Shown here: positions 49,700 to 61,689 of the stretch, one piece after another
Layout: each line of letters opens with the position of its first letter
Position numbering within the stretch: position 1 is the first letter of the stretch
Source of the DNA: Macrostomum lignano
Taxonomy: Eukaryota
Direction: 5' to 3'
NCBI GenBank assembly: GCA_002269645.1
Contig: NIVC01002038.1
Coordinates: forward strand, 62,001 to 126,000
Length of the DNA stretch: 64,000 nucleotides
The notes under the pieces: generated by a model
Seen by the model: the letters and a program-made list of their open reading frames with translations, nothing else
What the model was told of the DNA's origin: nothing
The model's database searches: none
Made by a program: the position numbers and the translations under genes

Positions 49700-50650
49700 T
49701 CTCTGGCTTTCCAGTCACAACTTTTTCAGTAAATCGGTAGAGACCAAATCCTAGACTCATGAAGCTGTACGGCTGAGAATAAATTTCGCTCTCCGGCAGC
49801 AAAACTCTGTCCGTTGCCACTCTCTGAGTTGAATTAAGACGAATTAGCTCGTATCTCCAATGAAGAAAACGTTGTCCCTGACTTCTTTTACTTTCGTGCT
49901 ATACTTCAGCGACTTAACTGGATCATCGCGCATCAAATTCCGAACACATAAAATCTCATTTACTAAATGGACAGCCAAGTGTCTTTTTACATCGACGCGT
50001 CTTTTAATAGCACCAAAGTAATATTCAGAAGGAAATGTCGTGATGTTACTTATGTTCCCATACAGTCTGTCAAACTGATCAAAATACAATAGAGCGTCAA
50101 TATTGTAGCTGATAAATGTTTGTCCAAAGCTGTTTGCTCCAGAAAGACTTTGATTAAAGCTCTTAGCCTGATTCAAGTAGCTCGTACTTAGTATTCCTGT
50201 CGCTTGAGTAGATGTACATAGCGAAGTGCAATGCCCGTAGAAGAAAATGATAGCACAGCAATTGCGGAAAGATCATTAAAACAAAATAGGACCAAAATTA
50301 TAAAAAACTGGTGATATCCACAGGCCATGAAGAACCGCAAATTAGTAAGTCGTCGAGGTCTCCCTTGAAATTAGAGAATGTGTACTTAGACAAAACAGAA
50401 ATTTGGTCAGATAAACGCAAAACTGTATCTTTTTTGACTCTCTGGCCCCCTTCTGAGTCAAATTAGAAAGTAGAAAAATTTTCGTACCGCACCGAGCAAC
50501 ACCGCGTGTTGAAAATCGACTAAAAAGACCACAAAGTCAACATTGAGCAATCGCAACAAAGTGAATGTTATTATTTTGCCAGTCTTTCGCTGTTGACTGG
50601 ATTTCTGGCTAGTGTGATACATTTTCCCGCATCGGCTCTCGCCCACCTCT
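49700..50650 (-). pseudogene. Second CMC/CACTA-type transposase remnant (C-terminal part)
   Basis: ISYNIDALLYF...LYGNISNITTFPSEYYFGAIKR resembles the SYNxHxLxH...G-x-L...FPFE motif. Confidence 0.65.
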
Positions 50651-52649
50651 GTTGAAAACCCATTTTCTTATTCAAGCAAGTACCAGGAGCTCTGCAAACA
50701 CCGCATATATCATATGCGGTGTGTCCTACAATGCCACAAATGTAAGCTTTGGCCGGTTTATCTCAGACGAATCATATTGTTAAGATTATTATCTGCACAG
50801 AATCACTAATTCTTACTGGTCCAGAAAGAAATCTTGTTGCTTCATTGCCGAAGTCCCGTAGATAAGCTCCAAGAGGCGGTTTTCATTGTTCGGCATTAAT
50901 ACCGACAGGAAAGGGTCCGAAATGTGTCAATAAGCATCATCAGGATTGGCCAGGCACCGAATTGAGAATATTAAAAAACTGGGAGTCCATTCGAATTGGC
51001 AAGTGCCTAAACGCTGTATACCTAGTTTTACTGGTGGCTGTAGGCTTTTTCTAAGGAGCAATGCAAATTCTTGCCAATTCCGAGCCACCGAAATTGGACC
51101 TCCCCTCTCGCCTCAAGCGAGGTGTCAGCTTTGGGCTTGTCGCCTTTAAAACTTTGTTGATAATGTATTTCGGGCCTGCACTCATAGGTTGCGTAAGCCT
51201 CCAAGGAGAAGCTTTATTCCATCACGTGGCACGTTGCAGAGAATTAATAAGAATTAGAAGTGCCTCGAGCTTCTCCTCAAAGCTTAGCTTGTCTTCGTCA
51301 TTAAACTTCTCTTCACTTTCAATTTTTGCTGTCGACCGCAATTCGTCAAAATGGGTTTCCTTAACGTCAAGGCAAGGCTTAACACGGCTTGGTCCATCGA
51401 CAGGCGGTGTCTTTTCTGTTTCTTCGTCCTTCGGTTTTTCAGCAGCCTCTGCTCGTCAGTTTTCGTTCAAGACTGGTCGAGGAGAAGTTTAAGAAGGTAT
51501 TCATTTGTCTTGCGCCAAATAGTCCATGTCAATTCAAAAAAAAATAATTTGGCTTTAAAGAAAAGCAACGCTGAAGTGAATGTAATTTTTGCAAATTTCG
51601 ATTTTGATTCGCTAGTGACCGATAGTTACTAGAAGAGAAGATCGGATTAGGTCGTGGAAGCACGGAGAGCAGGGCTTTGGGGGAGCAGTAATTGAGGTAG
51701 AGAGTGGGAGAGGGGTTTTGGTTGTACAGACCCAGCGAATAGGAGACCGAGCTTCACCTCGTTGAAAATTCGCTTCAGCAACCTCAACTTCTTCTCTCAA
51801 ATCATTGCTTCGTCTTTCATAACTGCAGTCCTACTATCTTTGCGACTTGACGATCCTACTAAAAATGATGTCAAATTTCATTCTGGAAGTTTAATGATTT
51901 ATATTGTGAGATCTAAGTATTACTCTTCCTAGCAAGCTGCAAGACCCCAGTAGGTTGGAGTGGCTTGAACCGAGAAATTCTACAGAGCGATGGCTTTGCG
52001 AAGCTGTGTACGAGGGTGAGACATCTTGGGCAGGTGAGTACTTGCAGGTAAATATTTCCTTTTTAACTAATTATTATATTGAAGCGTTCAAGAATTAATT
52101 TTCCTCGGTACTCTTAAATCGAAATGGTGAAAGAGAATCGTAAATTATCGATTAAGGTGTTTTGGACCATGACGACGGTAATTTGGTTTGCACGGACGCC
52201 AGAATTATCTACCTGCGGAAGTTGATTCGAAAGAGAAAAAAATTCCGGCGATTCTCAAGACCTAAAAAGAAAAAGACTGTCTGCTAAATGCATTAGCATT
52301 TGGCCTCCCCTCTCCGGCTTAGGACAGACTACCAAGTGTGGAGTTTTTCCCATAGACAGCATAAATTACGGTACGGATTGAGCGATTAAGTGGTATAAAG
52401 TTAAGCCTCTATGGCAAGCCAGAGAAACAGAATTAATTCCCCTTCCAGTAAACGACTCTACTTGCAGCTCGACTGCTCACAAGTCGCGTCTTTTCTCAAC
52501 TTTACTAATACTGTTGTTACATTTGCTGATTCATCATAGAGTAAATAGGCAAAGCTACTCACTGTGAGCATCCAGTTGTCTTGGTGTCATCCTCAATGCA
52601 GACTACAGTCGAGTAGAATGCATGAGGGGGCTTCTGGGACAAATTTTTT

Positions 52650-52990
52650 AACGTCCTCCATAATCCCATTAAATCCATCCATATTATCCCCAACAGAATC
52701 AGAAAAAAGGGGGGTCACACTCGCTCACAAAACGTCCTCCATAATCCTATTAAATACCCATATTATCCCCGACAGAATCAGAGCATAGCAGGTGTCCTAC
52801 TTGCTCTGAAAACTTCGAACATAATCCCATTAAATCCATCTTTATTATCCCTGAATCGGAGGGTCGCACTCGCTCACAAAACGTCATCCATAATCCTCCT
52901 AACCTATCCTCCTTCCTCCACGACAGAATCAGAGCATAACAGGTGTCCTACATAATCCACTGACATCCACCCATAGCAGCTTCGAAACAA
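52650..52990. repeat. Degenerate ~60-80-bp tandem array, 5 units starting CATAATCC, with alternating subtypes
   Basis: Units begin at 52659, 52740, 52820, 52889 and 52951, with recurring GACAGAATCAGA and CACTCGCTCACAAAACGTC. Confidence 0.75.
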
Positions 52991-53393
52991 TCAGAAAATA
53001 ATCTGCATTCTTCTCCCCACATTCAATTCGCGAAACCAGATCCCTAAGACTTTAAATCATTAGCGCAGGGTCCTTACCCTTTGAAAAAAAATTAAATTGT
53101 CAATAAAAATGCTTCTAATCGTCTCTCCAGGTTCTTATTACAAAGCGCACGAACCTCATTACAAGTGTAAATACCGATGCAAACTACGCTCATAGAATGC
53201 AGCGAGTACATGAGAAAATATTGGCCCGGCGTTGATATCAAAGTCCCTAATATTCATCTAGCTCTCCAAAGACACTGGTTTCATAAGTATGGAGTAACCT
53301 ACGTAAAAGATTACGACAGCTACTATAACTTTGCAGAAATCCTTAGGCAATTGTAATTTGTAGTTTTGTTTTTTAGTTTGCAATTGGGATTTC

Positions 53394-53990
53394 TCACATT
53401 CTCTCAATGATCAACGTCAATACCTTCATAATACCTTCACCGTTGAAATCAACACCCACCCCATCTTCAGTCTCAAACTGTAGCACAATCTCGTGAATCT
53501 CCTTATTACTCAATACAACTCTTTTCACTGGATTTGGTTTCTCTACCAACATCTGTCCTCCGGCAACAGAAGAAATCGAAAAGCAAACTTAAAAGCTTAC
53601 TAAAACATACTGAGTTCATTTATTCACAAGTATATTTACATAAAACAAAGGAAAGGAAAGGAGGAAAGAGCAGACACTAAGTGCGCAGGGCTATCCGGCT
53701 GAGAATTTCCTCCGCGACGTGCGAGCTAGTTGCAAGGCTGGAAATGAATGAAGGTAGAGAAAGAACAAGATATTGTAGATCCTCGCACAATCCAAAATCG
53801 ATATTATTCGGATCCAGAATAATATTGATTTTCCTCCCGCTCATTTCGTGTACAGCTAATTGTAGGCAGAGCTCTTCCAGGGTTGATATAGATTTATACT
53901 TACTGGGTATACGAGCGCGTATTGTGTCTTTAACCCTCCTGCACATTCTCGGTTCCACCAGCTGCTGCCACATTTGCCGCCCCAGGGATA
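53394..53990 (-). pseudogene. Minor capsid (penton)-like ORF, broken
   Basis: C-terminus GGQMLVEKPNPVKRVVLSNKEIHEIVLQFETEDGVGVDFNGEG...LTLIIERM* resembles Polinton penton C-termini. Upstream IPSKYKSISTLEEL may be the same gene. Confidence 0.55.
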
Positions 53991-54184
53991 ACAACGTTGT
54001 ACATAATTGTACTTGATGTACATAAAATAGACAGAAATTTTACCTCCGACTCTGGAGGGTATTACTTTTTATCTCAGGCCTTTAACCCTAAATCCCCCAC
54101 GCGGTCATTTACTAGAGCTGAACTCCTAGTGATACCAGCTGACACAGAAATTAATTTAAATATTAAAATTAAAAATGACAAAGA

Positions 54185-54620
54185 TTGAAACCAGAACCAT
54201 CAATAAACTTTAATAAAATCATTGATTCAAAGAGACCAGGTCTTGTATCAATTAAAGGTGCCAAAGTAAAAATCGATCTTGTGCAGCAAATAGTTCAGTG
54301 TAATGAGCAAACACACAGCATCACAGATGAAAAGTCAGGAGGAATCCTACCATTAGCAGCTCTTATCCCAATCATTGCAGGCGCTGTAAGTGCCGCAGGT
54401 GGTGTAGCTGGAAGTGTAGCAACTGCTGTTAAAGCTGGAAATGATAGAGCCCACCAGCTAGAATTGCAAAAGATTGCAAGAGACAAAGGTATAACAATTA
54501 AGGCAGGAGAGGGCTGCCCCGATTGTGATGATTGTGAGCATGAAAATTCTGTAAGCAAGTCCGACATTGCAAAGCCATCATGACACTGCACAATGCTGGG
54601 TTTACAATAATGCGGATGTG
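54185..54620 (+). pseudogene. Amphipathic-helix (membrane-active virion protein-like) ORF of Polinton/adintovirus type
   Basis: GGILPLAALIPIIAGAVSAAGGVAGSVATAVK...QLELQK. Frameshifts near both ends. Confidence 0.6.
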
Positions 54621-54743
54621 ATGAGGTTAAAACCCCACTGTATCCAGCTTTATAAACCTAACGCTACTTATAGGATGTAGAAACAGTTCAACTTTTCTAT
54701 CAGGGTGCTCACCCTCAAAATTTTTTTATATTTTAGAGAAAAA

Positions 54744-57700
54744 ATGCCAAAAGCCAATCCAGCAAAAGATTTAGTCAACAAATATTTTTCAAAAGGCATC
54801 TCATTTCAAAACAAAAGTAATTTACTAAGAGAAGCATGTAAACAAAAGTTTAACACCGACCCTGGTCACCTGGGAGGCTATGAAAAACAGTTGGAAATCA
54901 TCAATCAATTAAAATCCAACCAGTATGCGCCTATAAAAAAATCCTGCAAAGGAACACCAAGAGAGGAGTCGCAACTTAGTTAACAAATACGAAACTCTCA
55001 CTGGTGAAAAAGCAAAGTACCCACAAAATAAGCAGGAACAAGAGAAATTAGAGCAATTAATTCATTTAAAAGAGTCGGAGCTTGCCACTGAAGAAATTAA
55101 TTTTGCACAGAGGCAGTTTACAGAACATTACATGGAGTACACAATCCCAATTAACGACACCAACCAAACTACTGACACCAACGGCACCACCGCAAACATC
55201 TACGACTATAAAGACAGCATCCAATCAGTTGTTGATCACACACTCAAAACACGCAAGACATTTAAACTACAGATATCATTCAAGATTGCGTTTTATATGC
55301 CTGCAAAACCCACTGAGCATCTCGAGTATTACATGACAACAAAGGCAAGCCATTCACCCCTACAAACACACTGGATCCTTTCCTTTAAGTTGTCACTAAG
55401 AAAATTGAAGCGTTTACATCCGCGTTCTTAAAATTGAAGCGTTCTGGATGGGTCGTGGGAGGGATTCAAAGAGCGACTGTCATGGTCATGAAATATGACC
55501 CACTTAAAGCCTCCTCTTATATAGAGCTCCCGCATAAGCTAGCTGGCAAAAAGCTTGCATAAATGTTAAAAATAAAGACAATTGCTGTGCGCTATGGGCA
55601 GTTTTTTCTGCACTGCTTTGTGATAGTGTCCTTCACCACCCCGAAAGAACCTCAAATTATCAAAATTATTTCAACTACTATATCATCCAATGCGAAAAGA
55701 AGGGAATCAGGTTTAACAAAGGAGGCTTGGCGATCTCTCAGATCCCAAAGCTAGAAGAAGTGTTTAATAACAAAATTAGAATCACAGTCTTTGAGTGGAG
55801 TGAAAAAACCGAGAAAGTTAAACCGGTCAGATGTAGCACAGACGTTTTAGATCCTGAGGGGAAAAGTGGACTGAAGTGGATTTTCTAGTGATTGATAATT
55901 TACTAGAGGAGGCTCACTATGTTTGGATTAAAGATATTTCAAGACTCATTCACAAGCAGTTGAATAATCATCACGAGGCTGTTGCCATCTGCCGCTTGTG
56001 CCTTAAGCATTACAGTGGACCTGAGCGCTTTGAAAAACTAACAGAGCATGAATTATCATGTGAAGATCACCCGACCAACTGCTCTCTTCCTTCAACTGAA
56101 GAGAAGTATCTCCGGTTTAAGAACTATCACAAGATGGAGAAGCTCCCATTTGTTGTATTGATTTCGAATGCTCAATCATGCCAGAAACTCAAAGGCATAT
56201 GCTACTGAATTGGGGACATGTTTTTATTACCGTTACAAAAGGACTTTTTGAGTATAATTATTTCTTTGGAGAGCAGTGTGTGGAGCAGTTTATTGCCAGA
56301 ATGTAACCTGTTCCAATAATGATGACTGAGTAGGATAAAAGCAATTTCCTATCAGCAACTCATTACCACTTCTGCAGGAAACAGTTAACTTGCACTGATA
56401 TTAAAAACCCCACAGTTAGGGACCACTGCCACTATACTGGGAAATTTAGAGTTGCAGCACATAACACCTGTAATCTAAGGTAAAATCAAACATTCATGAT
56501 CTAACGATATTTTGTCACAACGCAAAGAACTATGAAATGCATTTAATATAAAAAAAAAATCGGCATGATTCCAGACATACACCTTGATTGCATCGCATAG
56601 AACAAAGAGAAGTTTAAGTGTGTTGATATTAAACAGGATAATTCGGGTAAAGGTGAACGTTCGAGTGAAGTTAAAATAAGACTGAAGGATTTATATCAAT
56701 TTCTAGCTGCCAGTCTAGACGAACTAAACAAGAATCTAAAAGATGAACAATGTACATATACAAAGATGTTTGCAAGTAAAATTAACAACAGTGATGAATC
56801 ATTTAAACTTTTAAGGAAAAAAGGCTTCTACCCCTATGAGAATATTACTGGGTATCACGTATTTGAAGAAGGTTTACCACCACAGGAGAAGTTCTTTTCA
56901 AAGCTAACAGACTCTGGAATCTCTGACAAAGACTATGAGCACGCGAAGCATGTATATAATTTCTTTAATTGTCAAAACTTCTTCCAGTATCACCTGCTTT
57001 ACCTCTTCACAGACGTGTTTCTGCTGGCTGATGTGTTTGAAACCTTCAGATACACCTGGTACACAGCATATGGCCTCGATCCTGCACATTATGTGTCTCT
57101 GCCTGCCACTAGCTGGGAATCTTTGCTTAAAATGAAATGGGATCAAGTTCCAGCTTGGTAAATTGAACTTCTTACAGATATTGACATGTACAATTTTGTC
57201 GAATCGTCAAAGCGAGGGGGAATGTCAAATTGCGTTAACAGGTATGCAAAAGCAAACAATCCCTACATTGAATCTTACAATAAGGAGCAGCCCTCAAACT
57301 ACATTACTTACTTGGATGCTAATAATCTCTACGGGTGGGCGATGAGTCAAGATCTTCCAGTTAGAGATTTTCGATGGCTATCTGAATTCAAATAGGACTT
57401 TTCTCAATTCAAATGGGACTTTTCTGAATTCAAATAGGACTTTTCAATACCCGGCATTTATGAGGTTGATGTTTACATTCCAGCAGAGCTTCACGACTAT
57501 TTCTCTGACTTTCCATCCTTCCCAGAGAACATCAAGTGCCCGAAAATAATCGAAACTCCCAATAGAAACTTGGCACCTGTCAGGAACAGAAAAAGAACAT
57601 ACAGAGAAAGTAACAGAATCTAAACAACAAGACACGTTACAAAATCCATTACAAACTGCTTCAGTATTTTATCTCACTTGGTTGCAGGGTCACCAAAGTT

Positions 57701-58146
57701 CACAGGGCTCTTACATTTACAGAGGAAGCGTGGATGAAACCCTACATTGATAAGAACACCCAGTTTAGGACCAAAGCAACCAACGACTTTGACAAGAACC
57801 TCTTTAAGTTGGCCAACAACTCTGTCTATGGCAAGACTCTTGAGAATGAGCGGAAAAGAACAAACCTGAAACTTGTTACCTCATCAGAGCCTGCTGTTAT
57901 TCAGGCAAATATGTCAAAGCCAACATTCAAAGAACTCCATATCTTTACTAGCTACTTAGGTGTGATCATATTTTACAAAACCAAGGTGACGCTGCGCAAA
58001 CCGATCTATACAGGTGTCACTGTTTCGACGAATCAAAACGTTTGATGTACCAGTTCTTCTATGGCATGAAGCAGCAGTACAAGGATAAAATGAAACTCTT
58101 GTACCATGACACAGACAGTTTTATTATGGAAATTCAAACAGAAGAC
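54744..58146 (+). pseudogene. Protein-primed family B DNA polymerase (pPolB), frameshifted and C-terminally truncated
   Basis: YDPLKASSYIELP, INVKNKDNC, HYVWIKD, VRDHCHYTGKFR.AAHNTCNL (endoVII-like), RKKGFYPYE, TDVFLLADVFE.FR, RGGMS, YLDANNLYGWAM, KLANNSVYGK and YHDTDS. Confidence 0.95.
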
Positions 58147-58703
58147 AATTCTATCATGTTATCTTTAATTCTATCATGCAGTGCTGTTGATTGAGTCATG
58201 AACTCTTCTAAATTCCTCACTTTACCTGTGTTGGTTGCGACGTTTTCTTTTATTCTGTCATGCAATGCTGTTGAATAGTTCATGAACTCTTCTAAATTAT
58301 TCACTTTAACTGTGTTTGTGAAAACTCCTTCTTCAAGAATACGCATCCGTCTATCAGTTGAATTTCTCAGAAGATTAATTGTCGATGCTAAATTTGTTCT
58401 TAAGCCGTTGATTTGCGAGACTACTGAAGTCATTTCTGACCTAAATTCATTTGTTGCGTTTAACAACGGCACATAAAGCTTATCACTTTCAAACTTCTGT
58501 CTCGCTACTTTAAGCCTGAGATCTTCTATGTTTATCTGTAGATTGTGCATGGAGCGCTCTAGGGCTTTCAGTCTTTTTTTATTCAGTTTGATCTCTGGGA
58601 TCTATTCGTCGCTGTTGAAATATCGCCTGTCAAGGATGGATATTTGAGCTGATGTAAGAGCGCTGTTGCCAGAAATGGATTCACCTGCAAAGTTTATCGA
58701 CAT
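58134..58703 (-). pseudogene. Coiled-coil/fibre-like ORF with two 28-aa repeats and one premature stop
   Basis: ATG 58703 MSINFAGESIS...DE*IPEIK runs in frame into the 138-aa ORF. Repeats are TNTVKVNNLEEFMNYSTALHDRIKENVA / TNTGKVRNLEEFMTQSTALHDRIKDNMI. Confidence 0.6.
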
Positions 58704-58719
58704 CTTTTAATAGCAAATT

Positions 58720-59520
58720 TTAAATTACAGTTCTTTTTTCTTTGCTAATGATCACAAACTGGTAAGGCTGATTCCACTTGCCATAGCAAAGATTAACGAA
58801 TTTCTCTTGTGAAATCTTTCTGCTTGAGTTTTTTGTTGGATTTATAAAATAGGCAGACGCAATGACCTCATTGTAAAATCTTTTTCGCCTGTTCTGTGGA
58901 ATGGTTGGAAACAGGAGAATCAGATTGCAGTTCCCGCGAATTGTTTTGTTCGGGAGCTCGAACCAATTCTGTGCAATGTAAATTACATTACAATTGTTAT
59001 GTCGCCCTCTTGTAAAATAGTTTTCTATCTGCTTCTGTGGGCCTGTCATACAATCATCAAAGACGATCAAATGCTTTCTCCCCTTTTCTAGCTCATCTGG
59101 TTGAGGTAGAAGTTTGGTCTTTGGATCAGCCTGAGGATCTCCATAGGTGAACACTTTAATGTTCTGCCATTTTTCATTGTCTTTGAGGTGCTTTGCATAT
59201 TCGGCAGCAACAATTTCTGGGTTACTGGGAAGGTTTTGTTGGTTATTAAAACATTGAATAATGTCCTCTTTGTTCAGTTTGTTTTGCAATCCAGAAATCA
59301 GCATTTTATACTCATCTTGATACAGTGTGGGAGAGTAGATGTGCAGAGTGTCATAGTCGATAAAGCCAGGTCTAAGAAGCATGTTAAAGACTCTGAATGT
59401 TTTACCTAAACCTGATGAACCAACACCAATGCATCTGAAGTGACTCGGGATTGACTCGTGATGAGAAAACTTAATCTGATTACGCTTCCAGTGAGGATTG
59501 AAGTCGTTTGAAAATTCTAT
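58720..59520 (-). CDS. A32/FtsK-like genome-packaging ATPase; frame open, start codon apparently lost
   Basis: The frame extends upstream of the annotated ORF to Walker A GSSGLGKT (59398-59421). Walker B LIVFDD, then FTRGRHNN and QNWFELP.KTIRGN. Confidence 0.9.
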   Translation of the reverse strand: MEFSNDFNPHWKRNQIKFSHHESIPSHFRCIGVGSSGLGKTFRVFNMLLRPGFIDYDTLHIYSPTLYQDEYKMLISGLQNKLNKEDIIQCFNNQQNLPSNPEIVAAEYAKHLKDNEKWQNIKVFTYGDPQADPKTKLLPQPDELEKGRKHLIVFDDCMTGPQKQIENYFTRGRHNNCNVIYIAQNWFELPNKTIRGNCNLILLFPTIPQNRRKRFYNEVIASAYFINPTKNSSRKISQEKFVNLCYGKWNQPYQFVIISKEKRTVI

Positions 59521-59562
59521 TTTTCTATGATAAAAAATAAATAATAAAGCATTAAGAAGAGG

Positions 59563-59704
59563 TCATTTTGGGACTTATATGTGTCATTTTGGAACTTAGA
59601 TGTGTCATTTCGGGACTTAGATGTGTCATTTTGGGACTTAGACGTGTCATTTTTGGGACTTAGATGTGTCGTTTTGGGACTTTGATGTGTCATTTTGGGA
59701 CTAG
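59563..59704. repeat. 21-bp tandem repeat x6.7 (TCATTTTGGGACTTAGATGTG) just upstream of the ATPase
   Basis: Read directly from the sequence. Contiguous units with no spacers. Confidence 0.95.
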
Positions 59705-59796
59705 TCTTGTGCCTTTACATTTCTTTTACCCTCGGAAAGTACCCTTTAGTCAAATTTGAAACCACTTCCTTTTTTAATGCTAGCTCTCATCTTCTT

Positions 59797-60102
59797 TTAG
59801 ATCGCAGGGTCCACACTGTTTGGATTGTGGGTCAGCGGGGCCAGCGGAGCCGGCGGCTGAATCTCTTGTTTAGGTGTTACAGTATCCTTTATCTTTTTGG
59901 CTGCTGTGACTACACTGCCAGCCGCTTCGGCAACGTTCTTGATGTTCTCTTTGTTCTCTCCAATGACCTTAAAAATCTTGGTCCCCTGAGCGATCAAATC
60001 GGCAAGGCCATTCCCAGAGCGTTCTTTTCTTGGATAGTGGCCTGCAGGGACAAGGGACAAGTCCAGATCCGCGTTTAATGAAATTAAGTTCCTCTTTTTC
60101 AT
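59797..60102 (-). CDS. Small Polinton-type ORF with amphipathic segment
   Basis: ATG 60102 overlaps the upstream TGA (ATGA). RSGNGLADLIAQGTKIFKVIGENK..IKNVAEAAGSVV. Confidence 0.55.
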   Translation of the reverse strand: MKKRNLISLNADLDLSLVPAGHYPRKERSGNGLADLIAQGTKIFKVIGENKENIKNVAEAAGSVVTAAKKIKDTVTPKQEIQPPAPLAPLTHNPNSVDPAI

Positions 60103-61428
60103 AGTATTTGCCAATGTCTTTTTCGAAAATAATCGGCATTTTTACTTGAAATAAATTTTTTTTTGTTAAAACGTGAAAGCAGAAGCTCTCTCGCCCTCTT
60201 ATCAATGTATTTTCTCTCAAGCATTTTATTGAGGATATGAACGAACTCTTTTCTATTCTCATCTTTCATTCCAGTCTTTGCCGCTCCCAGGAGAACAACT
60301 AGCCGCTTGTAGACTTCAGGCATGCCTTTTCCGGAAGAGCTTGACGGTGATTCGATTGATTGGTCAGAGGAGGATGTTCCTGGTGAGGGTTGCTGAAGCC
60401 TAGGTGTGAATACTCTGTCATTGATTCGCTCCATTCGTTCTTGGGAGAGCTGCTCTAATTGTCGCCAAGTCTCAGGATTTGTATCTTTGTACTACAAAAC
60501 AAGAATCGGGTCTACGGGGTCAAGTTGATCAAGTACTTGTTCAACCTGGGTTTTTTGTTGCTGTGGAGGCGGAGGTTGTTGTTGTTGTTGACTGCGGACC
60601 GAGCTCGGAATAACCGGACCAGGTACCAAACCCCTACCGCTGACAGAGCCAGCGACAAAGGCTGAGCACAGAGGGCCGGACCGAGCCACATCCACCGCCC
60701 CTGAGCCAGGAGCGGTGACCGATTCCCGGCGCTCTTCGCCGCCCGAAGAACGGGCGTTGCCTCCCCCCCGCGACAAAGACGCGGCGCCGGATAGGGCCTG
60801 CTGATTACCCAGCAGGCTGGGAGCAAATCCCAGGGGGGGTTGTTGTTGTTGTGGTTGTTGTTGTGGTTTTTGTGGTTGCTGCTGTGGTTGTGGTTATTGT
60901 GGTTGCTGCTTTGGTTGTGGTTATTGTGGTTGTGGTTGTTGTTGGTGTGGCTGTTTTCTTATGACCTTTTTTTGATCCGGCAAACCAAACCGGAAGTAAG
61001 TTTTACACTTGGCAAGGACGTCTTTCCAAGTCTACAGAGTTGAAGAAAACTGAAGCCGAATCCCTCAACCGCGCTCGGTTCTGTTTTGGTCAAAGGGATA
61101 AAGTGCTTGCAGAAAGTTTGATTCTCATGAACCAGGAAGACAAAAAATTGACAGCCGAAGACCTATCGACTTCTGCTGGCCCCTGTCGGCGCCTGTCGAC
61201 CTCTGCCGGTCTCTGTCGGCGTCTGTCGACCTCTGCCGGCCCTGTCGGCGCCTTTCGACCTCTACCGGCCTCTGTCGGCGCCTGTCGACCTCTGCTGCCT
61301 CTGTCGGTGTCTGTCGCTCTCTGCCGGCCCCTGTCGGTGTCTGTCGGCCTCTGTCGACCCTTGCCGGTTGTCGTGCTGTAACTGGTGACTGCCGGTTGGC
61401 ACTCAAGCGCCCTCATCAAGTTGACCAT
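60099..61428 (-). pseudogene. Long Q/P-rich, repeat-containing Polinton ORF with conserved C-terminal helical motif
   Basis: C-terminus YKRLVVLLGAAKTGMKDENRKEFVHILNKM. It joins in frame across a TAG (60492) to a Q/P-rich region and upstream EVDRRRQ-type repeats. Confidence 0.5.
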
Positions 61429-61689
61429 TGGTTCGTAGGTTGCCCTGCTCAGTTATTAATTCGCGTTTTGTAAAATTTTTGTCAATCGTGCCAAGTTTAA
61501 TTTTTTCAAAATAATACAAATATTTCGTTTTAAATTTCTTGTTTCGTCCGTCGCGCATTCATTTTTTTTAATGTCGTTTTTTTTCAAAAATATTTAAATT
61601 ATTTTAGTAGCATTCTTAAATGAAGTCAATTTTCTCAATACATTCGGTTTGCATTCGATGCCTGTTATTTTTGGAAGGGGTGGGTGTAA

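Larger units (their letters stand above)
53100..61430. mobile_element. Decayed, internally deleted Polinton/Maverick (adintovirus-like) endogenous element
   Basis: Co-located pPolB, A32/FtsK-like ATPase, penton-like, fibre-like and amphipathic ORFs in compact convergent arrangement. No MCP, integrase, protease or TIRs recognised. Confidence 0.88.

Noticed and set aside
59563-59704. 21-bp array as CRISPR
   Set aside because: Contiguous units with no unique spacers.
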